Shown here piece by piece: positions 13,346 through 25,645 of a stretch of DNA of 64,000 nt; position 1 is the stretch's first letter; the number at the start of each line of letters is the position of its first letter. A model generated the notes under the pieces. It did no database searches. It saw only the letters and a list, made by a program, of their open reading frames with translations, and was not told the DNA's origin. Origin of the DNA: Callorhinchus milii (Eukaryota); the NCBI RefSeq assembly GCF_018977255.1, contig NW_024704742.1, forward strand, positions 65,536,001 to 65,600,000, read 5' to 3'. The position numbers were made by a program, and so were the translations under genes.

Positions 13346-15697
13346 CATGCTGTTTTGATCTATTGGCTGGGCCAATAGAGAAGTGCGGCCACAATTTCTT
13401 TGCGGAATCTGCTAAAACAGACCCTCTCCGCTACAAACGTGTAGAAATGCAGTGAGCACGGCCCCGGGCCTCTGTGCGCTGCTGCCAGCTATTTACTCGC
13501 CTCTACTGTGGGTGGAGCAGCTCTGCATGTGAATGCCTGGTGCAGCACCAGTGGGAAATGGGCTTCGCTCTCCCCAAGGTCCTGCTGTTGAGATTGTCTG
13601 TTTCAAGTCTGATGGAATGCTTAACATTGAAAGAAAGAGTTTGATCTTTTATATAGTGCCTTATATCAAAATGTCTTGGATTACGAGACAGACAAATGCA
13701 GTACTGTTTTAGTAGGCAAACATGGCATTCAGTCTGTGCAATGTAGTGTGAACTAAGTGGGGGAGATGAATGACCTATTCATTTGGAGGATTTTTGACCA
13801 GGATACCCAAATAAATCCCCTTCTCTTTTTGAATAGTGTCACAGGATCTTTAATATGCACCTGAACAGGCAGATGAATTCTTTGTTTATCACAGTGCTGG
13901 CCAACTTTTATGGTTGGCCGGCAAAATACATTTTCTTGGTTGATTATTTCCTGATTTGTGACATAAATCAAGAAATATTTAATCAAGNAAAAACTGAAAA
14001 AGTGCTACCGATCGAACACGCACTTACCTAGACTAATGCGAATATTTGGGGGCCGCTTCTCAATGGGCCACTCCTGCCCATGATCACAGGTCGGCCATCA
14101 CTGGTTTACCATCTTATGTGAAGGACAATATCTCTCATAATGAGGCGCTTCTCCCAGTACTGCATTTGAGTGTCACAATAGACTATGAGCTTGTCAGGTG
14201 CCAGTCTGGCTGAACTGATAACACTATAACTTCTGAATTAGAAGGTTGTTTGTTCAAACCCCACATCAGGTCTTTGAACTCATTTTGTGGAGGTACTGCC
14301 CTTCGATTGAGACATTAAACCAAGGTGCTGTCTTGCCACTGAGGTTCAGTTGGATGTTAACGATTGCATTGCACTATTCGAAAAGAAAAGGGTCTGCCCT
14401 GGCCAACAAGTCCCCAGATAAATTGGTCATTCACTTCTTGGCTGTTTGTGGGACATTCATCTGTGCAAATTGGCTATTGCATTTGCCCATAAAATATGCA
14501 GTCACTCCACGGTAAATCCTGTAAAGGGTTTTGAGACAATTTGATAAGGCACTATATCAAATGCAAGGATTATAAATCCAACTGTGGGGCTTGAACCTTT
14601 TGATCCAGAGGATGATGTGCTACAAATTGCCAGGAAGACACATCTGATCAGCAGTTATGTTAACCGATCTTTTGTATGAATGGTTTGTCTTCATACTGTC
14701 ACTTTCGTGCAGTGAAAGCATGCGAACCAGCATGAGGGCCAAGCCAGATCCTGTCATCAATCAATGTCCACAAAGGTACATCTACCCGACCTTCCAGCAA
14801 GTGTGCCGTGATAGCAATCATGTCCAGTTTGTGAATGACTTCATTGTCACATATGCAGGGTACTATTCCTTGGATTTATTTTTCAAAAAGCTAAATACAA
14901 CTAGAACAGCCATTCATTAAAATGCAGTCTTAGGCTCAATGTGTTTACTGAATAGCAATTCCTTCTTCAGTGTGCAACCTGCTCTAATGAAACAATACAG
15001 ACAGCATGCCTAATCATCCTCATGGAAACTGGAATTATAACATCACTAAAGAAGGAAAGAGAATTTACAAAGCCAACTAAAGAAATCTTTCAACCATTAA
15101 ATTCAACCAGGCATAAGGACTTTCACTTACAAAGAAATAAAGAAGTTTGAGCTTTTTTCACTGGAGCTAAGAAGGTTATGGAGTGACCCGATAGAGGTTT
15201 TCGATATTATGTGAAGGCCTTTGGTCATGTCATACATGTGAATGGCATTGTGTGGCAATGCTGCGCCACTATAGATTGCGTATTCGCAAGAATGAAAAGA
15301 AGTAAAACACCAAGATTTTCACAGACAAAATCTGTGACTGAACTATGGGCATGCTCCTGAAGTGAAAGGTGTTAAATAAATGTAAATTTGTTGTTGTAGT
15401 TGTTGTCAGCTAGAGGTCTTCTGTATCAGAACTCATGTCTGAGGGCAAATAGAGTGTGGGAGTGCAAGGAATTATGTGTATAGATATATATACATATATT
15501 AGACATTAGTCCTACCCTCCTTCTTTATGTTTTTTTACCTTCTGATTTATTTTTTTAAAATAATTATGCTGACATGATTCCATGGCAGCCATATTTATGT
15601 ACAATAAACCTCACATAAGTCATATCAGTTGGGACCATACATTTAATATGAGTTAAGCAAAGTTTGAGTTATGTCAAACTTGCATACAATATAAACT

Positions 15698-16019
15698 GAG
15701 TCCTGTAGCTCAGGGGTTAGAGCACTCGCTTTGCAAGCGAGAGACCCGAGTTCAATTCCAGGCAGGTCAGGGCGAAACCTTGGGCAAATTTCCTTACTCC
15801 ACACCCCTAATAATAATCCCTCCAAAAAAAAAATAACAAAGTGGTCATTTTCAATCCACGACTGTTTGTGGGACATTGCTGTGCGCAATTGGCTTCCACG
15901 TTCGCCCACAAATATACAGTCAATTCACTTTACAGTGTGTTCTGTGAAGCGCTTTAGGACGTCCTCCCGACGTGAAAAGCGCTATATCAAATTCAAGGAT
16001 TATTATTATTATTATTATC
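15698..16019 (+). mobile_element. tRNA(Ala-like)-headed DeuSINE, young and full length
   Basis: Head gagtcctgtagctcaggggttagagcactcgctttgcaagcgagagacccgagttcaattcc, then the Deu domain, then the tail aagcgctttaggacgtcctcccgacgtgaaaagcgc...(TTA)n. Confidence 0.9.
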
Positions 16020-18469
16020 AATCAACATCCACAAAGCCACAACCACCTAACCTTCTAAATCGCCTTGATAGCAGTATATCCAATTTGTGAATGACACGAG
16101 TTGAGACTGATACTTTTTTTTCTAAAACCAAACCCTTTTCCTCTGATTATTGTACTAATTTGTTCTGGGCCAACTCGTGACTATCTTTCTGGTTGGGGGT
16201 GTAAGTGGATCTTCTTGGGGTTAAGCTGCTTCCAAGCATGGAATATTGGAATTGATTTGATTCCCTGTAGACTGGTGCCTGAGCCACATGGGTCTGCAGT
16301 ACTAGTTACTGTTAGTGACAGACCAGTCAGTCTGGCTTATCAGCGGGAGTTGTTAATCCGTCTAGGACAACCTTTCACATCAGGGCTGTGGCTTACAGTG
16401 ATAAAGCAAGAGCCAAACGGGAAGAATTTAACTGTTTCCTGTGACTGAACACAGTCTGTAAATCGAACCTGGGACTTTCCAGGTTTGTATGTGTCAAGAT
16501 CAGAAGGAATGTTTACATATGGAGAAAATATTGTGATTTACACTTCCAATTATCAACAAATGGTGGCAGTATGAGGCAGCAGTCAACTTTTGTTTGAGGT
16601 GGGGAGGTGTACCATTTAGTGCCTACCACAACTTTAACATTGTATTTACTGGTAATTCAGCTGGCAGCAAAAAAACAAGCGATTAAGCTGGAAAATATCC
16701 CTATTATATGAAAATGTTTGAATAAATTTGGCATGCAGGCTTGTTTTTGAGAAAACAACGAAACTGAAGGGATTTCCATGAATTGCTCAGAAACGAAATA
16801 GCAAACCAGATGTTATCAAGGCAAGCCAGTACAAGCAAAGTAACTTGTTTTAGCCATTCAGATCCTGTTTAGTAAAAGTACCTGGTGGCATTGTTGCAAG
16901 AACAAATATTGAACTGCTTATCTATTTACTATTTGTGTAGTGTATACATTTGTTGCAAAACCCAAAGCCTAACTTGGTGGTGAGGAATTTAGCTTGACTA
17001 TGGAAGAGAATTGAGATGTGATTATTATCATTTTGTATTTTGTAGACAGAAGCGGCAGACAATTTGTGCTCACCAATGTCCCACAAACAGCCAATAATAA
17101 TAATAATAATAATCCTTGATATAGTGTCTTATCACATGTTGAGATGTCTCATAGCACTTCACAGAATATATTGTAATGTAGATTGATTGTGTATTTTGTG
17201 GGCAAAGTGCGGCAGCCAATTGCGCACAGCAGTGTCCCACTCAGCTGTGCATTGAGTGACCACGTTTTTTTTAATAAAATGAATGAACAATTTTACCTGG
17301 GGGATTGTTGGCCAGATGACCGGGAGAAACTCCCTTCTCTTTTCAAAGGGAAATAAGATAGAGGTCAAATTCGGCTAGGATTGTGCTAGTTTCTCGGCAC
17401 ATCATAGAAAAATGTTTCTGGTGGTTGGAGGTTATCTCCCAACAAAAGCAGGAACCACTCAATGTGTTAATTATCTCAAGTTTTTTTTCAATACATGTGC
17501 TAACTAGCATCATAGGTCTTCACACATAATACACTGCAATTTTCAAACCATTGTGTTACACAAGCAAGGGTACAGTTCAAGGTTATAGGAGACCCATGGT
17601 CTGCTTCAATGTGCGATGAGCACCTGTTAACTTAAATACTTAACAAAAGCCTTTGAGAATTGTTACAACTGACATCAACGATTAGAATAGAAGGTAACAT
17701 ATATTCTCCCTCCTCAAAAAATCTATTGTAGACACAGATTTGTTTCTAATTAAATTAGGAGGCGTGACATGGGCTTAAATTCAGGGAAGATGAACAAAGA
17801 GTTTAGATTTAGCTCTTTTCCACACAGAGTAGTGAATATGTGGAATAGGCTGCCCAGAGAGACAGCGGAGGCAGATTGTTGGCAAATTCAAGAGGAAAAT
17901 AGATAGCTATTTGGGGGAAGAATTCAATTGGTGGGTATTGGTAGTCTTGTCTAGGGCAGTATTGTCCAATAGAAATTGCTGACTAACACTACCACACTAT
18001 CTTAGCCACAGGCACTAATTTTAGTAAACTGTAGCCTTACATACACTCACACAATACAGGTAAATGTATTTCACGTGTATGTTTACATGTGTATTCGCTT
18101 AACAAACATCTATCACCATTCAGTGCGAAACCTTGCAGTCATCTCTTTATTTTTCTTTTACAAGACGTGCCAGACCCACCCCATCCAGAGCACGGTTGGC
18201 TACTGTTTGCCCTTTGCCATGACATGCCCTGTTGGAGCTGTTCACTATTGCTGGGCTTGCTTTCTTCTGCTGACCTGGAGCGCTTATAGCTGATCGATAT
18301 AGCTGACCACGATTGACAGCTCCTCTCTCCATACAATATTGTGTTTGTTTCCATTGTTTTCACCTGTGTTAAACACCGGTTTAGCAGGTAACCAATAAGC
18401 AGTAACCAAGGAAGTAAAAGCACACATGATCAAAAACCACTGGCACATGCTGCTTTTCATATTACCATT

Positions 18470-18730
18470 TTCAGAAGAAACTTCTTTACCCAGAGAATGC
18501 TGGAAATGTGGAACTCGCTACCACAAGGAGTAGTTGAGACAAATAGCATAGATGCATTTAAGGGGAAGCTAGATAAGTACATGAGGGAGAAAGGAATCGA
18601 AGGTTATGCTGATAGGCTTAGTTGAGGATTGGCAAGAGGAGGCTTATGTAGAGCATAAACCCAGCATAGACCAGTTGGGCCGAATGGCCTGTTTCTGTAC
18701 TGTATATTCTATGTAATTCTATGTAATTTT
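18470..18730 (+). mobile_element. CR1 LINE 3' end
   Basis: Contains ttctttacccagagaatg...gatgcatttaaggggaagctagataag...gggccgaatggcctgtttctgtactg, with tail ttctatgtaattctatgtaa. Confidence 0.8.
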
Positions 18731-18744
18731 ACCAACAAACACAC

Positions 18745-20868
18745 AACAACACAACAACAACAAGATTCCATTTATAAAGCGCCTTTCACGTCAGGAGGAC
18801 GTCCCAAGGCGCTGCACAGTTGGGTCATGACCCGAGCAGGGGGGAAATGGTCAGGGTGAGGGGAGGGAAGGGAGGGAGCGAGGAGGGGGGAAATGGTCAG
18901 GGTGAGGGGAGGGAAGGGAGGGAGCGAGGAGGGGGAAGAGAGTTGAGAGGGGAGCTGAAGGCTCGGTCAAAGAGAAAGGTTTTGAGACCGGCCTTGAAGG
19001 AGGAAAGGGAGGAAGCGGCGAAGGCACTGGGGGATGGAGTTCCAGAGCCTGGGGGCTGAGAGGCTGAAGGCCCGACCACCGATGGTAGGGCGGTTGGGGC
19101 GGGGGACGTGGAGCAGACCGGAGCCAGAGGAGGGCAGGTAGGTAGGGGGATAGTAGGTTGGAGAGGTAGGAGGGAGCGAGGCCGTGAATGGCCTTGTAGG
19201 TGAGGATGAGGATCTTGAAATCAATCCTCTGGGGGATGGGGAGCCAGTGGAGGCGAGCGAGGGTGGGAGTGATGTGGTCCTGGTGCGGGACAGTACACGA
19301 GCTGCAGAGTTCTGAATGACCTGCAGCTTGTGGAGGGAGGTGGCGGGAAGGCCGGCGAGGAGAGAGTTCCCATAGTCCAGCCTTGAGGTGACAAAGGCGT
19401 GAACCAGGGTTTCAGCAGCGTGAGGGGTGAGGTAGTGCCGTAGTCTGGCGATGTTCCGGAGGTGATGGAAGGCGGTGCCAGTTGTGGTGCGGATGTGAGG
19501 GAGAAAGGACAGCTCAGGGTCGAACAAAACGCCGAGGTTCCTGACTGGCTTTGAGAGGTGGAGAGTGCAGCCTTGGATGCTGATGGTGTCAGCGCCTGAG
19601 GTGCGGAGGCGCTGACGTGAGCCAATCAGGAGGGCCTCGGTTTTTCGCACGTTGAGCTGAAGAAAGTTGTCTCTCGTCCAGGACTCGATGTCGGACAGGC
19701 AGCTGTCAGGACATCGGTGGTCGTGGAGTTGAGAGTAGAGGAGGAAAGGTAGAGTTGGGTGTCATCCGCATACATGTGGAAGTTAACTCCATGTCTGCGG
19801 ATGATGTCACCCAGGGGGAGCATATAGAGGGTGAAGAGGAGGGGACCAAGGACAGAGCCCTGAGGGACACCACATGAGACAGTGCGGGGGGTGGAGGAGA
19901 AGCCATTCGTCGAGACAAAATGAAGACGGTGAGAAAGGTACGACCTAAACCATTCAAGGACAGTGCCTTGAAGGTTGAGGTGGGAGGACAAGCGGTGGAG
20001 TAGGATAGCGTGGTCGACCGTATCGAATGCTGCCGATAGGTCGAGGAGGACGAGGAGACAGAGGGAGCCCTGGTCACAGATGGTCAGGATATCATTGGTG
20101 ACCTTGACCAGGGCAGTTTCTGTGCTATGGGCAGCACGGAAACCTGACTGAAGGGGTTCGAAAAGAGAATGGGTGGAAAGGAAAGAGCGCAGTTGGGAGG
20201 CGACAACTCTTTCCAAGACCTTGGAGAGAAAGGGGAGGTTGGAGATGGGCCGGTAACTTGATAGCTGCGACGCATCAAGGGAGGGTTTTTTCAGGGTGGG
20301 CGTGATGATGGCAGTTTTTAATGGAATGGGGACAGAGCCAGAGGAGAGGGACAGGTTGATGATGTCAGTGATATGTGGGGCAAGAAAGTGGAGCTGGGAG
20401 ATAAGGAGTGGAGTGGGGATGGGGTCAAGGGAGCAGGTGGTTGGTTTTAGGGATAGGATGAGTTCAGTGACAGAGGGTGGGGAAACGGGTACGAAGGTGT
20501 GTAGGGGAGGATGGGTAGGAGTCGGAGTGTGGGAGGGAAGGGGTGGGTGGTGGGTGGAAGTTGGAGGGGAAGTGACCGCGGAGCGGATTCCCTTGATCTT
20601 GGATTCAAGGAAATCCAGCATCTCCTCGCAGTGAAGGTTGGAGGAGATGACCTGCGCGGGGTGGCGGGGGGGACGGAGGAGTCGGGTTGTGGTGGAAAAC
20701 AGTAGCCTGGGGTTGTTCTTCGCCTCCAGGATTATCCTGGAGTAGAAGGACGACTTGGCCGAGGCTAGAGTGGAGCGGTAAATTTTGAGGAGGTCCAGCC
20801 AGATATGTCGGTGGACCGTTAGGCCAGATTTGACACAGGTGCGTTCAGCGGCCCGCACCTGGCTTTTC
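18745..20868 (-). mobile_element. L2 LINE, 5'-truncated (~2.1 kb), with the reverse transcriptase domain and a frameshifted ORF2
   Basis: ORF 19626..20897 contains [53 protein letters not shown] and YADD. The C-terminus is in ORF 18967..19650. The tail is (CAA)n on the + strand at 18745-18762. Confidence 0.95.
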
Positions 20869-22129
20869 AGTGACACAAGGTCAAAGTACACATGCATCCG
20901 CAGTGCGAATATGAGTATTGAGATACATACCCGATAACAGTGTCTATTCCTTATTTTTTATTTACTGAACAAAAATGCAGTTTTGCCACATCTGGATTCC
21001 CAATTTGCCACATGTGACTAGTGGCTAGCGTATTGGACAACCCTGTTCTAGGGTCATTTAGTTTTTTTTCCTTTGGGCTGATGAATCACATTCCTGGTCC
21101 TGTATATTTCTACATTTCTAATAAGTTCTGGAGCGATGAGATCAGATGGCCAGAAAGACTTTCATCATCCAGACCAATCTTGTAATATGATATTCCTTGT
21201 ATCTGACACGCACCCATGATAGTGAAACGTCTGAAAGGGCTTCACAGATAAGTGGAATGACTGCATTTGTAAGCAAATGTGGCAACCAATTTGCACAAAG
21301 CAAGGACTCATAAACAACCATGAAGTGAGTCACCACTTCATTGGTATAATTTAATGGTATGCTTTAATGTACCCATCCAAATTAAGCAGCATTAACTGTT
21401 ATTAGGACAAAATAGAATGCATGAACAAATCCAACTAAATAAGATTTTTGTTTCCAGAACACAGATTGTATTATGTGATTAGAAACTGATTAAGTTGAAT
21501 GGTACTGGCACATCTACAAAGCCTTTTCTTGTTTGTTATACAATCTATTTATAGTGCAGATTTGATTCTGAGGAGGAGAGGGATTAACTCAGGTCTCTGA
21601 GTTGTATCAACCTGAGAGATACCGTATTTTTAGTCTTGAGTTTTGATCCTTGAAGGGTTATGACAAGAGAGAAATCAACACAAGATGCAGTGAAGCACTT
21701 TTCTTACTCAGTAACTCCAGGGAAAAGTTAGTGAAAAATTCATCTCAGGAATGCCAAATATTTGAAGCACACCAATTGTTAAATCTGCCTGTTTTTATGA
21801 CTGATTTAAAAAACGATTATATAATTCTGAGTCGAATAAAGTTCAACAAATTGAAGAGTCAGTTGGCATGAAACTAATGTTGACGATAACTGGAGGCACT
21901 AGCAAAATTGCATTTTAAAACCAATGCTCCCTGTACTCCTTTTTGTACCGTGGGGACCTGAGTGTTTCCCCTCAGTGAGCGGTGGGAAGCGGGAAAGCTT
22001 TTAACTGAGCACGGATTCTGCACAGCTTTGACAGACACTGACCTACACTACATAATTATAAAAGTAAAAAGTTAAAATGCCGATCCAGCTGCTGTGATTA
22101 GAAGAATCCTGTCCATTCCATTCCCTGAC

Positions 22130-22742
22130 CAGGACCGCTTTGTTCCACCTCCATCACATTGGCCACCTCTGTCCGAACCTCACAACCAACGCTGCCGAAA
22201 CCCTCGTCCACGCCTTTGTGACTTCCTGGCTGGACTGTTCCAATGTCCTCATCGCTGGTCTCCCCACTCCACCATACACAAAATATAATGAATGCAGAAC
22301 TCCGCCACCTGGATACTCACCCGCACAAAACTCCACACCCCCAATCACACCAATCCTTGCTGGACTCCACTAGCTCTCAATTACTGAACAGATCAATTTC
22401 AACATCTTCTGACTCGTTTTCAAATCTTTTCTCGCACCTCCTTACCTATCCGATCTGCATACCCCCCCTCCCCACTCCATCACCTGCTGCCCCCACTCTA
22501 TCATCGGTGGCTGTGCCTTCAGCCACTACGTCCTGAAATCTGGAACTTTCTCCCTCAATCCCTATGCCTTGCCCCCTCTTTCCCCACTTTCAAATCCTGC
22601 CTAAAGACCTTTTCTTTAATTGTACTTATGGTCAACGCCCCCCTCTCTCTCCCCGGCTCCTTGTCCAACTTCCGCCACTGTGAAGCACTCCGGAATGTTA
22701 CCCCGCATGAAGGGCGCTATATAAATGCAAGTTGTTGTTGTT
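22130..22742 (+). mobile_element. L2 LINE 3' fragment, older
   Basis: Encodes 'AAETLVHAFVTSWLDCSN' and ends in aaatgcaag(TTG)n. Confidence 0.8.
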
Positions 22743-23072
22743 CTGAAAAAGGCTACGGGAGACAACATTTTCCCAAAGTCGGGGTGACTTGAATTTACAC
22801 AGCATAATAATAATGATAATAATAATCCTTGCATTTGATATAGCGTCTTTTAACATCTTCAAGACATCTCAAAGCGCTTCACAAAATATACTGTAAAGTA
22901 AATTCATTGTATATTTTGTGGGTGAAACCCGGCAGTCAATTGCGCACAGCAGTGTCCCACAAACAGTCCTGGATTGAGTGACCAAATTATTATTGTTATT
23001 TAGGAAAACATCTCAAAACACTTTGCAGAGATGGACTGGAAGCCCGAGCAGAGTGGGAGAGTTTTTGTTCAC

Positions 23073-24317
23073 TCAAGGCACTGTCCTTGAGTGGTTTAGG
23101 TCGTACCTTTCTCACCGTCTTCACTTTGTCTCGACGAATGGCTTCTCCTCCACCCCTCGTACTGTCTCATGTGGTGTCCCTCAGGGCTCTGTCCTCGGTC
23201 CCCTCCTCTTCACCCTCTATATGCTCCCCCTCGGTGACATCATCCGCAGACATGGAGTTAACTTCCACATGTATGCGGATGATACCCAACTCTACCTTTC
23301 CTCCTCTACTCTCAACTCCACGACCACCGATGTCCTGACAGCTGCCTGTCCGACATCGAGTCCTGGACGAGAGACAACTTTCTTCAGCTCAACGTGCGAA
23401 AAACCGAGGCCCTCCTGATTGGCTCACGTCAGCGCCTCCGCACCTCAGGTGCTGACACCATCAGCATCCAAGGCTGCACTCTCCACCTCTCAAACCCAGT
23501 CAGGAACCTCGGCGTTTTGTTCGACCCTGAGCTGTCCTTTCTCCCTCACATCCGCACCACAACTGGCACCGCCTTCCATCACCTCCGGAACATCGCCAGA
23601 CTACGGCATTACCTCAACCCTCACGCTGCTGAAACCCTGGTTCACTCCTTTGTCACCTCAAGGCTGGACTATGGGAACTCTCTCCTCGCCGGCCTTCCCG
23701 CCACCTCCCTCCACACTGCAGGTCATTCAGAACTCTGCAGCTCGTGTACTGTCCCGCACCAGGCTCCGCGACCACATCACTCCCACCCTCGCTCACCTCC
23801 ACTGGCTCCCCATCCCCCAGAGGATCGAATTCAAGATCCTCATCCTCACCTACAAGGCCATTCACGGCCTCGCTCCCTCCTACCTCTCCAACCTACTATC
23901 CCCCTACCTACCTGCCCGTACCCTCCGTTCCTCCGGCTCCGGTCTGCTCCACGTCCCCCGCCCCAATCGCCCTACCATCGGTGGTCAGGCCTTCAGCCTC
24001 TCAGCCCCGAGGCTCTGGAACTCCATCCCCCAGTGCCTTCGCCGCTTCCTCCCTTTCCTCCTTCAAGGCCGGTCTCAAAACCTTTCTCTTTGACTGTACC
24101 TTCAGCTCCCCTCTCGACTCTCTTCCCCCTCCTCGCTCCCTCCCTTCCCTCCCCTCACCCTGACCATTTCCCCCCTCCTCGCTCCCTCCCTTCCCTCCCC
24201 TCACCCTGACCATTTCCCCCCTGCTCGGGTCATGACCCAATTGTGCAGCGCCTTGGGACGTCCTCCTGATGTGAAAGGCGCTTTATAAATGGAATCTTGT
24301 TGTTGTTGTTGTTGTTG
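23073..24317 (+). mobile_element. L2 LINE, 5'-truncated (~1.25 kb), near-identical inverted counterpart of 18745-19971
   Basis: Contains [13 protein letters not shown] and YADD, with the same two frameshifts, 3'UTR duplication and (TTG)n tail as the minus-strand copy. Confidence 0.95.
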
Positions 24318-25544
24318 AGATGGGGATGGGGGGAATATAAGAGGTGGCTGTTCAGTCATTAAGGTCAGATTCTATTTAATAAAGTATTTCTTAATAATCC
24401 TTAGCAATAATTAAAGAACGGAATGTGTTTAGGAATACCGCAAATTTGACTCCCAGAGAGGTTTATTTGGAAAGGAAGCATTCATCAGATAGAGAATTAT
24501 AAATAAGCTCAATATTCACTGGGAGAGTACCAAGCCATATATGAGTCATGCACTATACATTTTGAATTCTTACTTAATAACTACAATTATATCTGTTATA
24601 GCAGTGCACTTCTCAAAGTACAGCTACACCCTAATTACTGTTGTGAATAGAATGACTTATAAGCATAGCATCACTTTACCACCAGTGAGATAGTGTCCAG
24701 CTGAGCAGAACTCATGAGCCAGAAATGTCTCATGGTTTTAGCTTTAATACCCTTGAACCCCAGTGCCTTGGAATGTCCTTCCGACGTAAAAGGTGCTATA
24801 TAAATGCAATTTGTTGTTATTGTTATTGGGGCCTTCAGCTTTTCTGCCCCTAATCCCATCCCAGAATCCCTCTGCTTCACCCCCTCTCTTGCTTCCTTCA
24901 AGGCCCGTCTCAAGACCTTCAAACCCTTCACTGTCCTGCGCTTTGGGATGTCTTTCCAATGTGAAAGGCGCTGTATACATGTAATTTGTGGTTGTTTAAA
25001 GCTGATAAAAATAATGACTATAAAAGATTTTGGAATTTTTTTTAATTCAGTCTTGTGGGCTGAAATTTTGGTCTCAGTTATGTGTAGCCACTAATGGGAT
25101 TTTCCCTATTATAATCAGTCTTCGCCAAAAGCTCCATGTGTAATATCTACTGGGATTTTTTCACTGGTTTGGAAACCTATTTTCCCCAGGGCTTTTGGGG
25201 CACTGCAGAAACCCACCTTTTAAATTAAAGATGAATTGACTTTTCTAAAATCCTGCTCAATCCTAAATTTTAAGACAAATTTGTCTGAGCTCTCCATCAC
25301 GGACAAGGCCATATCCAACCAATTCCTTATCTCTTTCTACTCTCACAGCCTTTTCAGGCTCCATTGGCTCCTTGTCCAGAACCGATCGATCGATTAAAGA
25401 TCACTTACATACTCTAGCACCTCCTTTTTATGTGCTTTTTAAATGAGTCTAGTGTTCTAGCCTCTAATACCTTTCCTATGGTATCGTCAGAGGTAGGCAG
25501 TGTGGCTGAGGTAGAGGAAAGCAGAGGAACGAAAAGACCAGGGC

Positions 25545-25645
25545 AGTTCTGACAAAGGGTTGTGGAACTGAACCGTTGACTACTTTCCTTTCTCCATAGA
25601 TGCTGCCTAACCTGCTGAGTTTTCCTAGCTCTCTCTATTTTTGTT
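25545..25645 (+). mobile_element. Penelope-like terminal-repeat fragment with a degenerate hammerhead motif
   Basis: Reads AGTT-CTGACAA-agggttgtggaact-GAACC-GTT-GACT, followed by ...atagatgctgcctaacctgctgag. Confidence 0.55.

Noticed and set aside
18075..18423. Possible nested or antisense gene exon in the long intron
   Set aside because: I recognise no protein similarity, and there are no partner exons.
19626..20897. 423-aa reverse transcriptase ORF considered as an active or domesticated gene
   Set aside because: It is a 5'-truncated L2 without an endonuclease domain, the start codon comes from flanking DNA, and the frame breaks after YADD.
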